From assembly GCF_030144855.1 (NCBI RefSeq), contig NC_082718.1, positions 31,248,001-31,312,000 of the forward strand: a DNA stretch of 64,000 nucleotides. Reading direction: 5' to 3'. Of the stretch, positions 13,366-26,400 are shown piece by piece; position 1 is the stretch's first letter, and each line of letters opens with the position of its first letter. The DNA is from Hypanus sabinus (Eukaryota). The notes under the pieces are model-generated. The model saw only the letters and a program-made list of their open reading frames with translations. It was not told the DNA's origin and ran no database searches. The translations under genes were made by a program, and so were the position numbers.

Positions 13366-14606
13366 GATTCTTTTTTTTCAGGCATTCACAGTAGAAATAA
13401 GACATAGAATCGGTGAAAAACTACAAAGACTGACAAACAACCAGTGAGAAAAAGAAAACACTGTGCAAACACAATAAATAATATTCAGCACATGAGTTGT
13501 AGAGTCCTTGAAATTGTGCCTATAGATTGTAGAATCAGTTCAGAGTTGAGGAGAGTGAAGTTATCCAGGAGTCTGATGGTTACAGTGGGCAGACAGCATG
13601 GCCTGGGTGGCTGGCCTCCCTGCCTATCACTAACAGCACTCCATGTAAATGTGCTCAATGATAGGCAAGGCTTTGCCTGTGATGGACTGAGCTGCAGGAA
13701 CCCACTTTTTGTCGGATTTTCCCTGTGTTGTGCGTGCGTGCGCGTTGCTGAAGATTTCCAGCACTTGCAGAATCTCGTGTAGCTTATTCACACTGTATGG
13801 CCTCTCCCCCGAGAAAACCCCAGTTAACTCAGCTCCCAACACCTCCCACTGTCTCGAGATTAATGTCATTTCCAGTCCGCAGCTGTAACGGAGAATGAAA
13901 TAATTGTTGCTCCTCAGCCGGCGTAGCGTATAAAAAGCACACCGGGATAAAGAACACAATAATTTTTAAAAAATACATACAACTTCACGCGAAGCTTTTT
14001 TTCACAGGTTTTTCCACCATACTTTACAAATGGCAATAATCATAACTTTTCAGGGAAATAAAATAGCACAGGTACAAAGTTAAACTATTCCATACTGTTA
14101 CTGGTAACAGTTAACGTGAAGTACACTCGAGTTCACACACTTTGGCGCTTTTCTACTTGTCAAGCAACAGCCAGCCCCGACTCCACAGGCAAAACTCGTC
14201 AGAAATACTTGATTTAAGTTCTGGCATGAGGCGGGGGTAGGGTACGTGTACAGAGGAAGGGCAGACACTTTTAACACTTGCTGCATTGCTCTTTGTAGGA
14301 AGCAGCCACTCTCTCCCAAACCGAAACCAAAGTTACATCAGTGCGATTTCCCCGCCAAGCAAACGGCGCTGGGTATATTGGAGAAAGGGGAGCCTGCTCT
14401 ACCCCTCACAGGGGCCTGGGATCGAAACACTAAGTGCAGTTAAATAAACAAAAAAAAATACACAAGGGAAAGTTGGGCCAGGTATTGTTAAAAAAAATCG
14501 ATGTACTCGCAGTCTCTGTCTAGCCGGTTTGAATGATTAAAACAGCGACAAGATCTCTGGAATTGTAGATAAAACGACTGTCGGAACCCGTGTGAAGATC
14601 CGAATT

Positions 14607-14916
14607 CCAGTTGCAAGGGAGTCCCGGGAAACAGTGCACAGACCCGGGGGCCAGCTACAAGGGAGTCCCGGGAAACAGTGCACAGACCCGGGGGCCAGCT
14701 ACAAGGGAGTCCCGGGAAAGAGTGCACAGACCCGGGGGCCAGCTACAAGGGAGTCCCAGGAAAGAGTGCACAGACCCGGGCGCCAGCTGCAAGAAGGTCC
14801 CGGGAAATAGTATAAAAACCTGGGCTCCGATTGCAAGATAGTCCCGGGAACCAATGCAAGGTCCCCGGCGCCAGCACAATGGTTCCGGGAAACCTAATGG
14901 AAGGTCACCCTGGACC
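14607..14916. repeat. 44-bp GC-rich minisatellite, about 7 units (4 near-identical, 3 progressively degenerate)
   Basis: Unit CAAGGGAGTCCCGGGAAACAGTGCACAGACCCGGGGGCCAGCTA starting at 14614, 14658, 14702, 14746, 14790, 14834, ~14877. Confidence 0.95.
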
Positions 14917-15032
14917 GTCAAAGCAAGAGCCGCAATGGAGGCGGCGAACTCCGTGCGGGGCCCCCCCGATGCATCGGCCCTGTCGGCGTGACCATAGCCC
15001 GAGTGCGCGGCCCCCTCCCAGCAAATACTCAC

Positions 15033-15051
15033 TTCCTCGCATTTCAGCCAT
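15033..15051 (-). CDS. SUV39H2: probable first coding exon of SUV39H2 (H3K9 methyltransferase): MAEMRG + phase-1 intron; exon 2 not found, presumably left of the window
   Basis: caagATGGCTGAAATGCGAGGAA|gtgagt within a CpG island. The 19-nt phase-1 first exon resembles SUV39H1 (MAENLKG). Same strand as and downstream of HSPA14, as SUV39H2 is in human. Confidence 0.7.
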
Positions 15052-16734
15052 CTTGCTTTCCCATTCAAACATGGGGGCGCGTAAAAGACGCTGTATTAGA
15101 ATGTAAAACTCCTCCCTCCCGCCTGCCGAGAGGGGCTGGTACTGACACAAAGAGTGCAATGCACTCTGAACGGGGGAGGCGCTGGAAGCCAGACCCAAGG
15201 CCCCGGCCGGCCAGCTTGCGGACCGCTTCCTATTGTGTGCGTATCGTTGTATCTCGAGGGGACCGGCTCTGGCTCCGGCTCCGGCTGCGTGCGTCTCTTT
15301 GCGGATGCCGCAACCTGGGGATTGTTGAGGTTGGGTACACGGGGAGAGGGAAAGCCGGGGGGGAGAAACAGCTGGAAACTAGTTCGGTGCTCCGGTCGGT
15401 TTGCAGACCGGGAGCTCAGCCGTCGCCGCCGCTACAACCCAGCAGACCGTTTCCCTGCAGAAAAGCACAAGGCAAGGCCAACGTTTGGGGTTGCCGTGTC
15501 CCCGTCCGTAGCGTGAACGTGTTTCGCCTGCGCTAAAATGCCCGGAGAGAGGGTATCGCTCTTCAATACTGGGGTTACTAAAATAAAAGCCTCTTGCCGT
15601 GTCCTAGCACACACCGAGCCCTCTGCATTCATTTTCTTTTTTTAAAAAAATAATCACCCTTGTGTGTATTACCCCTACCCCCCCCACCCCCACGGCCAGC
15701 CTCCGTGACGGCCTCCAACCGTCAGGTGTCAATCATTCCCAAAAAAGGTCATACCTCTGCACTTCCCCCTCCACCCCGCACTCCTTATCCTAAGCCTAAC
15801 CGTTTGTGCAGATGCCTCTGTGTCATCCAGCACGAAAGCAGGCCCTTCGGCCCAACCGGACCATGATGGCCAAGTTGCCTGCCCAAGCTAGTCCTATTTA
15901 CCTGTGTTTGACCTATATCCCTCTGAACCTGACAGTGGAGGTTTGAGATCAGAGTTTTCCTGCTCCTGGATGAGCTGGCGAGCTCCACCTGCCTGTAGTG
16001 ACTGGTTTTAAGGTGCCAGTAACCTGCCTTTGCCCCCTCTGTCAGTAGAAAGGGTTCCACAGGTCTTAGTAGCTAAGGCGCACGTGAAGGCCAGGAGCTG
16101 GCCTTGTTTGTCAAAGGCTGCCTGAGACACATGCCAATAGAGCATTTAATAGCTCATAGGAGCTTCTCCCCCCACTATAACCTTCAGGAAACAAACCCTG
16201 CCTATCCATGCACTTATCCAAATGTCTTTTAAATGTTATTATTGCACCTGCCTCTGGCAGCTCATTCCATATTCTCGCCACACTCTCATCTACATGAAGA
16301 AGTTGCCCCTCAGGTTCCTATGAAGTGTAATTTGTCCCATTTGCTCACATTTGGCTTGTATCCCTCCATGTGGGTGCCAGAACGTGTTGCGACACCTGGA
16401 GGCTGCCTCCAGCACAATCCATTTAGTTGTTCATGCAAACAGCGCACTTCACTGTACAGTATGTTTCGATATACATGTGACAAAGCTCATCTTTATTTTT
16501 AAACCCTTCCATGTACTTGTCCAAATGTCTTCTAAGAATTGTTATTGTGCCCACCTCTACCACTTCCTCTGGCAGCTTGTTCCCCATACTCATCACCCTG
16601 TATCTGAAGAACTTGCCCCTCAGTCCCCTTTAAATGACCTATGCCCTCTAGCTTCAGACTCCCTCACCCTGGAAGAAAAGACTTCAACCATCCACCTCAT
16701 CTAAGCCATTCATGATTTTATTAACATCTGTAAG

Positions 16735-17580
16735 CTGGCCTGTGATGATCAACTGGCTGGAGTGTTCACTGAGATCTTTAACCACAATCTGAGATACTAA
16801 CCCACTTCATGCAAGCTTCAATTATACCAGTGCCTAAGAGGACATGGGAACCTGCCTCAATGACTATCATTCAGTATCACTTACATCACAGCAATGAACA
16901 GTTTTGAGAGGTTGGTGATGAAACATACCAACTTCTCTCCAATTTGCCATCTCATTGGCTCTTCACTCAACCCTGGAATGTCTGGACAACAGAGATGCAT
17001 ATATCAGGGTGCTCTTTATCGACTACAACTTCGCATTCAATACTAGCATCCCCTCAAAACTAATCAATAAGCTTCAAGACCTTTGCCTCAATACCTCCTT
17101 GTGTAATTGGGTCTTCCGATTAGCATCAACATATCCTCCACAATCTCCATCAGCACAGGAACTCCACAGGGCTGTGTGCTTAACCCCCTGCCCTACTCAC
17201 TCTACACTGTGTGGCTTAGCCCAACTCCAATGCCACTTTCAAGTTTGCTGACACCACTGTCATTAGCTGAATCAAAGGTGGTGACAAATCATCATATAGG
17301 AGGGAGATTGGAAATCCGGCTGAGTGGTGCCACAACAACCTCTTACTCAATGTCAGCAAGAACAAGGAACTAGTTATTGACTTCAGGAGGAAAAAACCAG
17401 AGCTATCAGCCAGTCCTCATGAAAGGTAAATTCCTCAGTATAATTATTTTTGAGGACTTTTCCTGGGCCTAACACGTAAGAACAATTATAAAGAATGCAC
17501 AGCAGCACCTCTACTTTTTTAGGACTTTGTGAAGATTTGATATGACATCTAAAACTCTGACAAACTTCTATAGATGCATA
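16735..17580 (+). mobile_element. Rex1/Babar-type LINE RT fragment
   Basis: '[30 protein letters not shown]', 'STG.PQGCVL.PL.YSLYT'. Confidence 0.82.
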
Positions 17581-17644
17581 GGACTGGAAAGGAAAAGAAA
17601 ATAAAGAGACAGGTAGTGATTATGTTGTTGTTGATGCCCGACCA

Positions 17645-17890
17645 AGGCACACGTTGAGTAGCAAAGTAGCATAACAATGCTGGAGACCTGGGTTCAATTC
17701 CCGCTACTGTCTGTAAGGAGTTTGTACACTCTCCCCGTGACCATGTGTGTTTCCTCCGGGTGCTCTGGTTTTCCCTCACATTTTGAAGACTTGCAGTTCG
17801 GAGGTAAATTGGTTTAGGGAGTGTAATTGGGTAGGATGGGCTCATTGGGCCAGAAGAGCCTGTTACCATGTGATATCGCTGAATAAAAGT
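17645..17890 (+). mobile_element. tRNA-derived V-SINE (HE1-like). Further copies at about 26655-26950, 28050-28325, 32795-33095, 47620-47925, 56005-56225, 58065-58255 (+) and 27840-27945, 36695-36910, 39770-39965, 43120-43270, 47385-47580 (-)
   Basis: Pol III B-box GGTTCAATTCC followed by the V-domain core GGAGTTTGTAC.TTCTCCCCGTGAC...GGGTTTCCTCCGGGTGCTCCGGTTTCCTCCCACA. Confidence 0.82.
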
Positions 17891-19962
17891 CTGCTTCCTC
17901 TTTCAACTACGGCTGATTTTTTAAACCCATTATCCCAACCAATGCGTGAACCAACCTTTATTCTGAGCAGGAAATTTTATTTACACAGCCTTGAAACCGC
18001 ATGGCATTAAATTTTTTTTTGCAATAGGCACACTATGAATATTTGGAATGAAAATTGAAAAATCATATACATTTGATTTTGTTTATTAATTAAAGGGTAT
18101 AATGAAGTACGGTGCAACTAGGAAAACCGTACACATTTTGTAAACTTTCTTTAGGTGCGCCCAATTCCAGCTGTGCAGCAACAAAGGTTATATGCCTGGG
18201 AGCATTTCAATGATTGCAGTGCTGAGCAGCTGAGAGGGAACAGTGCTCTCATCTTACCACTCCCCCCCACCCCCATTACACTTAAAACTCCCTCTCTTAA
18301 TAATCAATACTAGGCTTTTGCTGCCCTCAGTGGCAATGGATTCACCACCCCATGCTGAAGAAATTCCTCCTCCTGTCAGTGTTAAAGGGGCATCTCTTTA
18401 TTTCTGTGGGTGTGCCCTCAAATCCTAGAGTCTCCTACAGATAGAATCAACCTCTTCACATCCACTCTATCCAGGCCTTACAGTATCTGGTAGGTTTTGA
18501 TGAAATCTTCACCTCCATCTTTCTTAACTCCATCGAGTACAGCTCCAGGGTCATCAAACACTTATTCATTGTTTGAAACCTTTTAAGAGGGAAAATTTAG
18601 CAAAATGCCCTTATTATTTCAAAGTTTAGACAGTGTACAATAAAATTTCTTAAGGCCTTATTCTGCATGTCAGTGGGTGTTTTATCATCCAGCCGTGCCC
18701 ATTTCTTCTTAGATTTGACACAGCATTCAATTTCAAGGGGACAAGAATGTAATCACCACACTTGAGGGTCACCAAGCTGCACATGACACAGTGGCCTCTA
18801 TTGAAACTGTTTTATTGGAAGCATTCACTTTAAGACTGTCTATTTGTACATTACAACTGTACGACTGCTCCCTCCACAACACATTCTTCTGGTGTTTTCC
18901 AGTCTGGCTTCTCACCACTCTGAGTTCCAGTGATGATATGATAACAGCATGATCCCATCCACCACTTATAGCATAGCATCCCACGGTAGATTGAGTTGTA
19001 GCCAGGTCAGTACAACAAACCACACCTCGTAGGATGAGAGGCGCCTTGACAAAGGAGTGGCATGGAAAGCGTGGACAACCAATGCCTTTTCCCCAGGATG
19101 GCAAGAGAACATAGAACCCTACAGCACAGTACAGGCCCATAACATTGTGTTAGCCTGTTAACCTACTCCGCGGTCAATCTAACCCTTCCCTCCTACATAG
19201 CCCTCCATTTTCTATCACCTGTGTACTGATACTAGAGGATATCTGCTTAAGGTGAATGGAGGAAAAAAGTCTGAGGTTTTGTTTTTGCACAGAACACACT
19301 GGCAAGGTTAATGTGACAAGAACATTTGAAAGTCTCTGCAGAGAAGATATACCAGGATGCTGCCCGATTTCTTATGAGGTAAGTATGAGAGAGCTAGGGC
19401 TTTTGTTTTTGGAGTTCAGGAGGATGAGAGACAACTTGATGGAGGAGTAGAAGATTATGACAGGCATAGACGGAACGGACAGCCAGAGACTTTCTCCCCC
19501 AGGACAGCAAAGGCTAATACAAGGACATCCTTCTAAAGGTGAGTGAAGAAAAGTATAGAGGGATGTCAAAGGTAGGTCAGGGTGATGGTAGAAGCAGATA
19601 CATTAGGGACACATAAAAGACTCTTGGAGGCACATGGATGGAGGGTTTGGGCTGTGTGAGAGGGAAGGGATAGATGGACCATGGAGTGTTTATATAGGAC
19701 AGCACAGCGTAGACTGAAGGGCCCATAGTGTGTTGTACTGTTCTATGTACACGAAGCTTATACAGTACCACTTACTTTTGTAGTTGTCATGGCAATGAAG
19801 AACAGCAGCACATAGAAATGCACTGGTATAAACTGTCAAGTTCAGAAACTGGCTCAGGAATGCCATAGCTTCTCCTTTTCTCATCCCTTGGCACATTTCC
19901 AAATAATTAACCCAAAGGTACAGAGACCCTTCATTGAATGTAACATTTTACTCTGCACAGAA

Positions 19963-19968
19963 TTTATT
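19963..19968 (-). terminator. candidate HSPA14 polyadenylation signal AATAAA (an alternative lies at 18082-18087)
   Basis: First canonical AATAAA on the minus strand about 370 nt after the stop; use not demonstrated. Confidence 0.35.
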
Positions 19969-20341
19969 CCTGATAAAAGGAGATCAGTCTCCCTGAACTA
20001 AATGACAGAACAAAATTTTATAAAGGTTATAAAGGACTGTTATCTTGTTTCAGACAATATTCAGTTAACATCAGAATGTTATAATATCACAACAAAAACT
20101 CCAATGAACTGAAACATTTAATTTTCTCTTTGTTGACACAACTTGACCTGCTGAATATTTCCAGGTTTCAGCATCTGCATATTTTGAGTTCAAGATCAAG
20201 TTCAAGACCACAATCCACATTCTTTTTTAAAGAAACAGAAAACTGTACATTTTATAAATAAACCCAGGACTGGTGGGTACAAAATGGATCCCTCAACAAT
20301 TTGGATCACTAGCTTAAAGCGGTTCCTTTCTTGTCAGTCAG

Positions 20342-20420
20342 CTATGATGCAACTTCGATAGCGATTGCCTCTGAGATTCCCGTTTGCTGCTCAGTACACG
20401 TTACGTGAAGTGATCCATCC
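20342..20420 (-). CDS. HSPA14: HSPA14 exon 14, coding part ([26 protein letters not shown])
   Basis: ttctttgaag|G GAT GGA ... TCA TAG; 79 nt; AAG-type acceptor. Confidence 0.95.
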
Positions 20421-23400
20421 CTTCAAAGAAGAAAAGCTGGTGAGTAAGCGTCAAGTTAGAACATCAAAATGATTAAATATCAAAAGACTTGCACTCAGTG
20501 GCCACTTTATTAGTTACCTCCTGTGTCTAATAAAGTGACCACTGAGTCTATGTTCGTGGTCTTCTGCTACTGTAGCCCATCCACTTCAAGATTCAACATG
20601 TGTGTTCAGAGATGCACTTCTGCACACCACTGTTGTAACATGTGGTTATTTGAGTTACTGTTACCTTCCTGTCAGCTTGAACCAGTCTGGCCATTCTTCT
20701 CTGACCTCTCATTAATAAGGTGATTTCAGAACTGGAACTCACTGTTTTTTTCTGTTTTCCCCACACCATTCTCTGTAAATTCTAGAGACTGTTGTGCATG
20801 AAAATCCCAGGAGATCAGCAGTTTCTGAGATACTCAAACCACCCCATCTGGCACCAACAATCATTCCATGGTCAAAGTCACTTAGATCACATTTCTCCCC
20901 TATTCTGATATTTGGTCTGAACAACAACTGAACCTCATGACCATGTCTGCATGCTTTTATGTGTGCTCACTGTCTTTCTAATTCCAGTAAGTGAAACTAC
21001 ACTGTACATACATTATTTCTACTTTATATAGGCTGTGTATTTTTATGTGTTATTTGGTATAATTTGGCAACTTTATAGCTTAAAGGTTACTGGAAAGGGT
21101 GCTTCTGCCGAGAGTGCTTACGCTGAGTGTTTCTGGCGAGAGTGCTTGCGTGAGAGTTTCGCTACGGTGGACAGTACTGCAGTGATTGCAGAAAAGTATT
21201 CCTACTTTATATAGGCTGTGTATTTATCAGATCATTCCTGTTTTTACTATATATTACTACCATTCTAGGTTTTATGTGTTATTTGATAGGTTTTTTTTGG
21301 GTCTGCAAATGCTCACAAATTGTTCCCATATAAGTAATTGGTATTTGCTTCTTCACTTTACAACATTCAGGCTTACAAACCATTTCATAGGAACGCTCTA
21401 CCTTCGGATAGCGGGGGAAACCTGTATTGTGTTTAAGTCAGAAACATTAAAAAACCTACAGGACCCTTCGGCCCACAAAGCTGTGCCGAACACACCCTTA
21501 CCTTAGAAATTACCTAGGGTTACTCATAGCCCTCTATTTTTCTGAGCTCCATGTGCCTGTCCAGGAGTCTCTTAAAAGACCCTATTGTATCTGCCTCCAC
21601 CACCGTTGCCAGCAGCCCATTCCACGCACTCACCACTCTCTGCATAGAAATGACTTCTCCTCTGTACCTACTTCCAAGCACTTTAAAACTGTGTCCTGTC
21701 GTGTTAGCCATTTCAGCCCTAGAAAAAAGCCTCTGACTATCCACATGATCAATGCCTCTCATCATCTTATACACCTCTATCAGGTCACTTTTCATCCTCC
21801 GTCACTCCAAGGAGAAAAGGCCGAGTTCACTCAACCTATTCTCATAAGGCAATTATTCCCCAATCCAGGCAACATCCTTGTAAATCTCCTCTGCACCCTT
21901 TCTATGGTTTCCAGGTCCTTCCTGTAGCAAGGCAACCAGAACTGAGCAAAGTACTCTGTGGGGTCTGACCAGGGTCCTATATAGCTGCAACATTACCTCT
22001 GGCTCATAAACAATCCCACGATTGACGAAGGCCAATGCACTGTATGTTTTCTTAACTACAGAGTCAACATGCACTCGATGCAACATCGAGTGGAATAGAC
22101 ACTCGATTCCATTGAGTGTCTATGGAATCGGACCCCAAGATCCCTCTGATCCTCCACACTGCCAAGAGTCTTGCTATAAATGCTATATTTTGCCATCATA
22201 TTTGACCTACCAAAATGAACTACCTCATAGTTATCTGGGTTGAACTCCATCTGCCCCTTCTAAGCCCAGTTTTGCATCTTATCAATGTCCCGCTGTAATC
22301 TCTGACAGCCCTCCACACTATCCACAACATCCCCAACCTTTGTGTCATCAGCAAATTTACTAACCCATCCCTCCACCTCCTCATCCAGGTCATTTATAAA
22401 AAATCACGAACAGTAGGGGTCCCAGACCATATCCCTGAGGCACACCACTGGTGACCGACCACCCATGCAGAATGTGACCCGTCAACAACCACTCTTTGCC
22501 TTCTGTGGGCAAGCCAGTTCTGGATCCACAAAGCAATGTTCCCTTGGATCCCATGCCTCCTTACTTCCTCAATAAACCAATTGGAATTATGTTGTAGCTG
22601 TACATTTCTGAACATTCTATGAACCCATGAACAGTGCTTCATTCTATGCTTCTTTTGCACTGTTTATTTTGTAACTGTACTACTGCTGCTGCAAAACAAT
22701 AAATTTCGCATCATACAAGACAGTGATAATAAACCTTATTCTGATAAAACTGGTTAGGCCACATCTGGAGCATTGTATTGTTCTGGTCACCCCCATTACA
22801 GAAAGGATGTCAAGGCTTTGGAGACGATGCAGAAGAGGCTTGTTAGAGGCTGCCTGATTTAGAGGGCATGTGCTATAATGAGAGGCTGGACAAACTTGGG
22901 TTGTGTTCTCTGGAGCGGTGGAGGCTAAGGGGAGATCTAATAAGAGATTTAGAAGATTATGAGAGGCATAGTAGTGTTAACAGTGAGTATCTTTTACCCA
23001 GGGATGAAATGTCGAATACCAGGAGATGTGCATTAAAATTGAAAGGCGGTAATTTCAAAGGAGATGTGTGGGGAAGTTTTTTTTAAATGTACAGAGAGTG
23101 TTGAGTGCCTGGAATGCACTGCCAGCAGTGATGGTGACGGCAGATACACTTAACGTGTAGACAGGCACATGAATATGTTTTTCTTGTGAATGTTATGTCT
23201 CTGATGTGACGTGCCTGTATTGCTGCAATAACAAAAACAACCTGACTTTGATGTTGACCCTGGGTATGCTGGCTTATGGCAACAATAAACCTGAACTTAA
23301 GGGTAGATAATAACAAATTATAATTTAAAAAAAATCTCCCATTTTTGTTTCCAAATCTGCACACCGACCAACCCTTTTCTCTCGCAAGAATCTTCAAGAT

Positions 23401-26400
23401 ACGTACCTTTTCATGGTAAGAATAGCTAAGATTTCATGGTTGCTGCTTTCTTTCAGTTGTAAATCTCTGAGGACAACCTAGTCAATAAAACAAAGAAGGG
23501 AGAAAGCAGTTGCTATTGTGTTTTAAATGGAACAATTCACACAATTACATTAGGTTTCCAAGGTGTAAAACAGATTTCACCTGTCATTTCTAATTCAAGC
23601 CAGAACTTTGACCATTTATTCCCCTCCATAGATCCTGTATGACCTGCTGAGATCCTCCAGTATTTTGTATGCGTTGCTCTAGATGACCAGCATTTGCAGA
23701 ATCTCTTATAACAAGGATGTCAGGATCTGAGGGGTTCTGACAGTTGTCTCTCAATCCCAGCCGCTGCCAACAAACAGCGTGAGACCCTTCCACAGTAACT
23801 CATGGCATAGGAACTGCAGGGATGGAAGACAGCTCTGCTCTGTGCATCTACCATTAAAGACCTCAGACTAGTGTATTCAACCTATCCCCTTATTATACCT
23901 TCTGCACCCTTCCTTTCCAGCCCTGATGAAGGGCCTCAGTCTGAAATGTCAACTGTTTATTCCCTTCCATAAATGCTGCCTCGCCTGCTGAGTTCCTGCA
24001 GAATTCTGTGTGCCGCTCAACTTGTTAACAGTAAATTGGTTTATTATTGTCACACCAAGATACAATGAAAAGTGTTGTTTTGAACACCAGTAGTACAGAT
24101 AACTTCTTTACAATGGTACATTGAGGTAATGGAAGGTAAAGCAATATCAGAATGCAGAATAAAATGTTTTTTAATTATTTCTTTATTAAATTTTAAGAGA
24201 ATTACATAGAAAATGAAATATTAGAATAATGAAAAAATTAATATTGACCCTCCCCCTCCCCCCCTTAAACCCTTATCTAAAGAGAGAAAAAAAGAAAGAA
24301 AGATTGCCTGAATATCGGAGGATCCCCACATGCTCCATGGAGTTCAAAATAATTTTAATTTTAATTTTTCCAAATTACTTTGTAATTTTATCTTCAAAGG
24401 ACCTATATATTTAGTCCTATCTTTTGTAGATATGGGTGCCAAATTTTCAAAAATATATCATATTCATTTCTTAATTATAAGTAATTTTTTTCAAGTGGAA
24501 TACAGCTATATATTTCATTATTCCAACGATCCATAGTTAAATATAAGTCAGATTTCCAAATAACTGCGATAACTTTTTTGGCTACTACAAATGCAATTTT
24601 TATAAATTTTTTCTGATACTTATTCAATTTAGGTTTCGGTATTGTCCCTTCAATGTCTCCTAATAAAAATAATATTGGGCTATGTGGGAGTTGTACTCCA
24701 GTAATTTGTTCCAATAAAAGTCTTAGATTTATCCAAAATGGTTGAATTTTAAAACAAGACCAAGTAGAATGTAAAAAAGTACCAATTTCTTGATTACATC
24801 GAAAACATTGGTCAGACATATTTGAATTTAATCTATTTATTTTCTGTGGTGTTATATATAATTGATGCAAAAAATTATATTGTACTAACCTAAGTCGGAC
24901 ATTTATTGTATTTATCATACTATCAAAACATAATCTTGACCAGTTTTTTCCATCAATTTTAATATTCAAATCAGATTCCCATTTTTGTCTTGATTTATGA
25001 ATTCCTGATTTAATGGTCTGTTTTTGAATCAAATTGTACATACAAGATGTAACTTTTAAAATTTTTCCTTTTTGAATTAATATTTATATTTCATTAGCTT
25101 TTGGCATAACATTGTTTGACCCAGCTTATCTCGTAAATAGGCCTTTAATTGAAAATAACAGAAAAGGGTGTTATTTGATATTTTATATTTGTTTTTTTTA
25201 ATTGATCAAACGACATCAATATACCTCCTTCAAAACAATCACCTAAGTATTTAATCCCCTTTTGAAACCAATTATGTAAAAGCAGAATAAAGTGTTAAAG
25301 TTACAGAAAATGGGCAGTGCAAACATTAAGGTGGAAGGGTTATGATGAGGTAGACTGTAGGATTGAGAGTCTATCTTATCATTCAGTAGTCTGATATCAG
25401 CAGGATAGAAGCTGTCCTTGAGCATAGTGGTACAGCTTTCAGGCTTTCTGCCCGATGTGAGAGGGGAGAGGAGAGAATGTCTGTCTGGCTTGGGATGGGT
25501 CTGTGATTATGTTGGCTGCTTTGCTTAGCCAATGAGAAATGCAGACAGGAAATGCATGATGGATAAATGAAAAATGGACATGCAAGAAACGGTGAAAATA
25601 ATGCAGGGTAGATCTTATGTTATAAAATAATGTTGAGGACTTCATGTTGTCTGTACAAATGTAAGCAAAGAGACTCAAGGGCTCGATTGACAGACAAACC
25701 AAACTACACCGTTTATAGACTGGTAAACTGACACACACCTGTGCCACTTTGTCCCTCATTGCTTCGCATCCCTTTCCGCCAGACTGGTAAAGCTCGAGAC
25801 ACACAGATGGCGTGGTCCCTGGCGCCTGGAATGCATGCTGTCTTCTCGCTGGGAGTGGAGTACCCGATGGAAACACGACGGTGTAGGTGTCAGAGCCAGT
25901 CACGTCAGTCTCCTGTACACAACACATGGGGTTAAAGGCAACAGTAAGTGAAGGTGCAACTGTAAGACATATGAGAAAGATGTACCTACATTGTAGAGAT
26001 TCAATAGAAAGTTAACTAATAATGCAAAGAGTCGTACTGCACACAAACAGGCCCTTTAGCCCATCAAATTCACTTTGACCTTTTGTCCATCTATACTAAT
26101 TCCCATTTGCACTCAGACCCTATCCTCCAGTGCCCATCTAAGCTGATAAACTGGAGAAATATACAGCAACCCTGGTAAAGAAAAAAAACTGAAAAATCAA
26201 ATGACGGACCAAGAAAAATTTACCCGTGTTTGAGGGTTCCAGATATCAATCACTCTGTGTAAAGAACTTTTCCCCTCAGAGCTTCTTCCTTTCACCTAAA
26301 AACTTTTCTCTCACATTTCAATATCTCACCATGGGACAAAAGATTCTGACTACCCATCCCATCTGTACGTCCCATAGTTTTACATGCATCCTATCACATC

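Larger units (their letters stand above)
14580..15620. promoter_or_regulatory. CpG island / promoter of the putative SUV39H2, with E2F-like (TTTTACGCGC, 15077-15086) and CHR (TTTGAA, 15064-15069) elements on the minus strand
   Basis: High GC and retained CpGs in an otherwise CpG-depleted window; motifs read directly. Confidence 0.7.

Noticed and set aside
14607-14916. CRISPR-like array
   Set aside because: Units are contiguous with no unique spacers, there are no cas genes, and the context is vertebrate; it is a minisatellite
1-15032. SUV39H2 exon 2 / chromodomain exons
   Set aside because: I found no 'YEVEYLCD'-like segment with splice sites; presumed to lie outside the window
14488-15632. 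Many overlapping ORFs (up to 182 aa) in the CpG island
   Set aside because: Expected from GC-rich and tandem-repeat sequence; no recognisable domain
17645-17720. tRNA gene
   Set aside because: A/B-box-like head continues into the V-SINE core; no cloverleaf
18769-19140. 123-aa minus-strand ORF and a C-box-like GTGATGA
   Set aside because: The ORF starts inside a CR1 tail and has no domain similarity; no matching D box or terminal stem for a snoRNA
25439-25738. Read-through extension of the HSPA14 exon-12 ORF
   Set aside because: Canonical donor at 25738 and an in-frame exon 13; the extension runs into LINE-derived intron sequence
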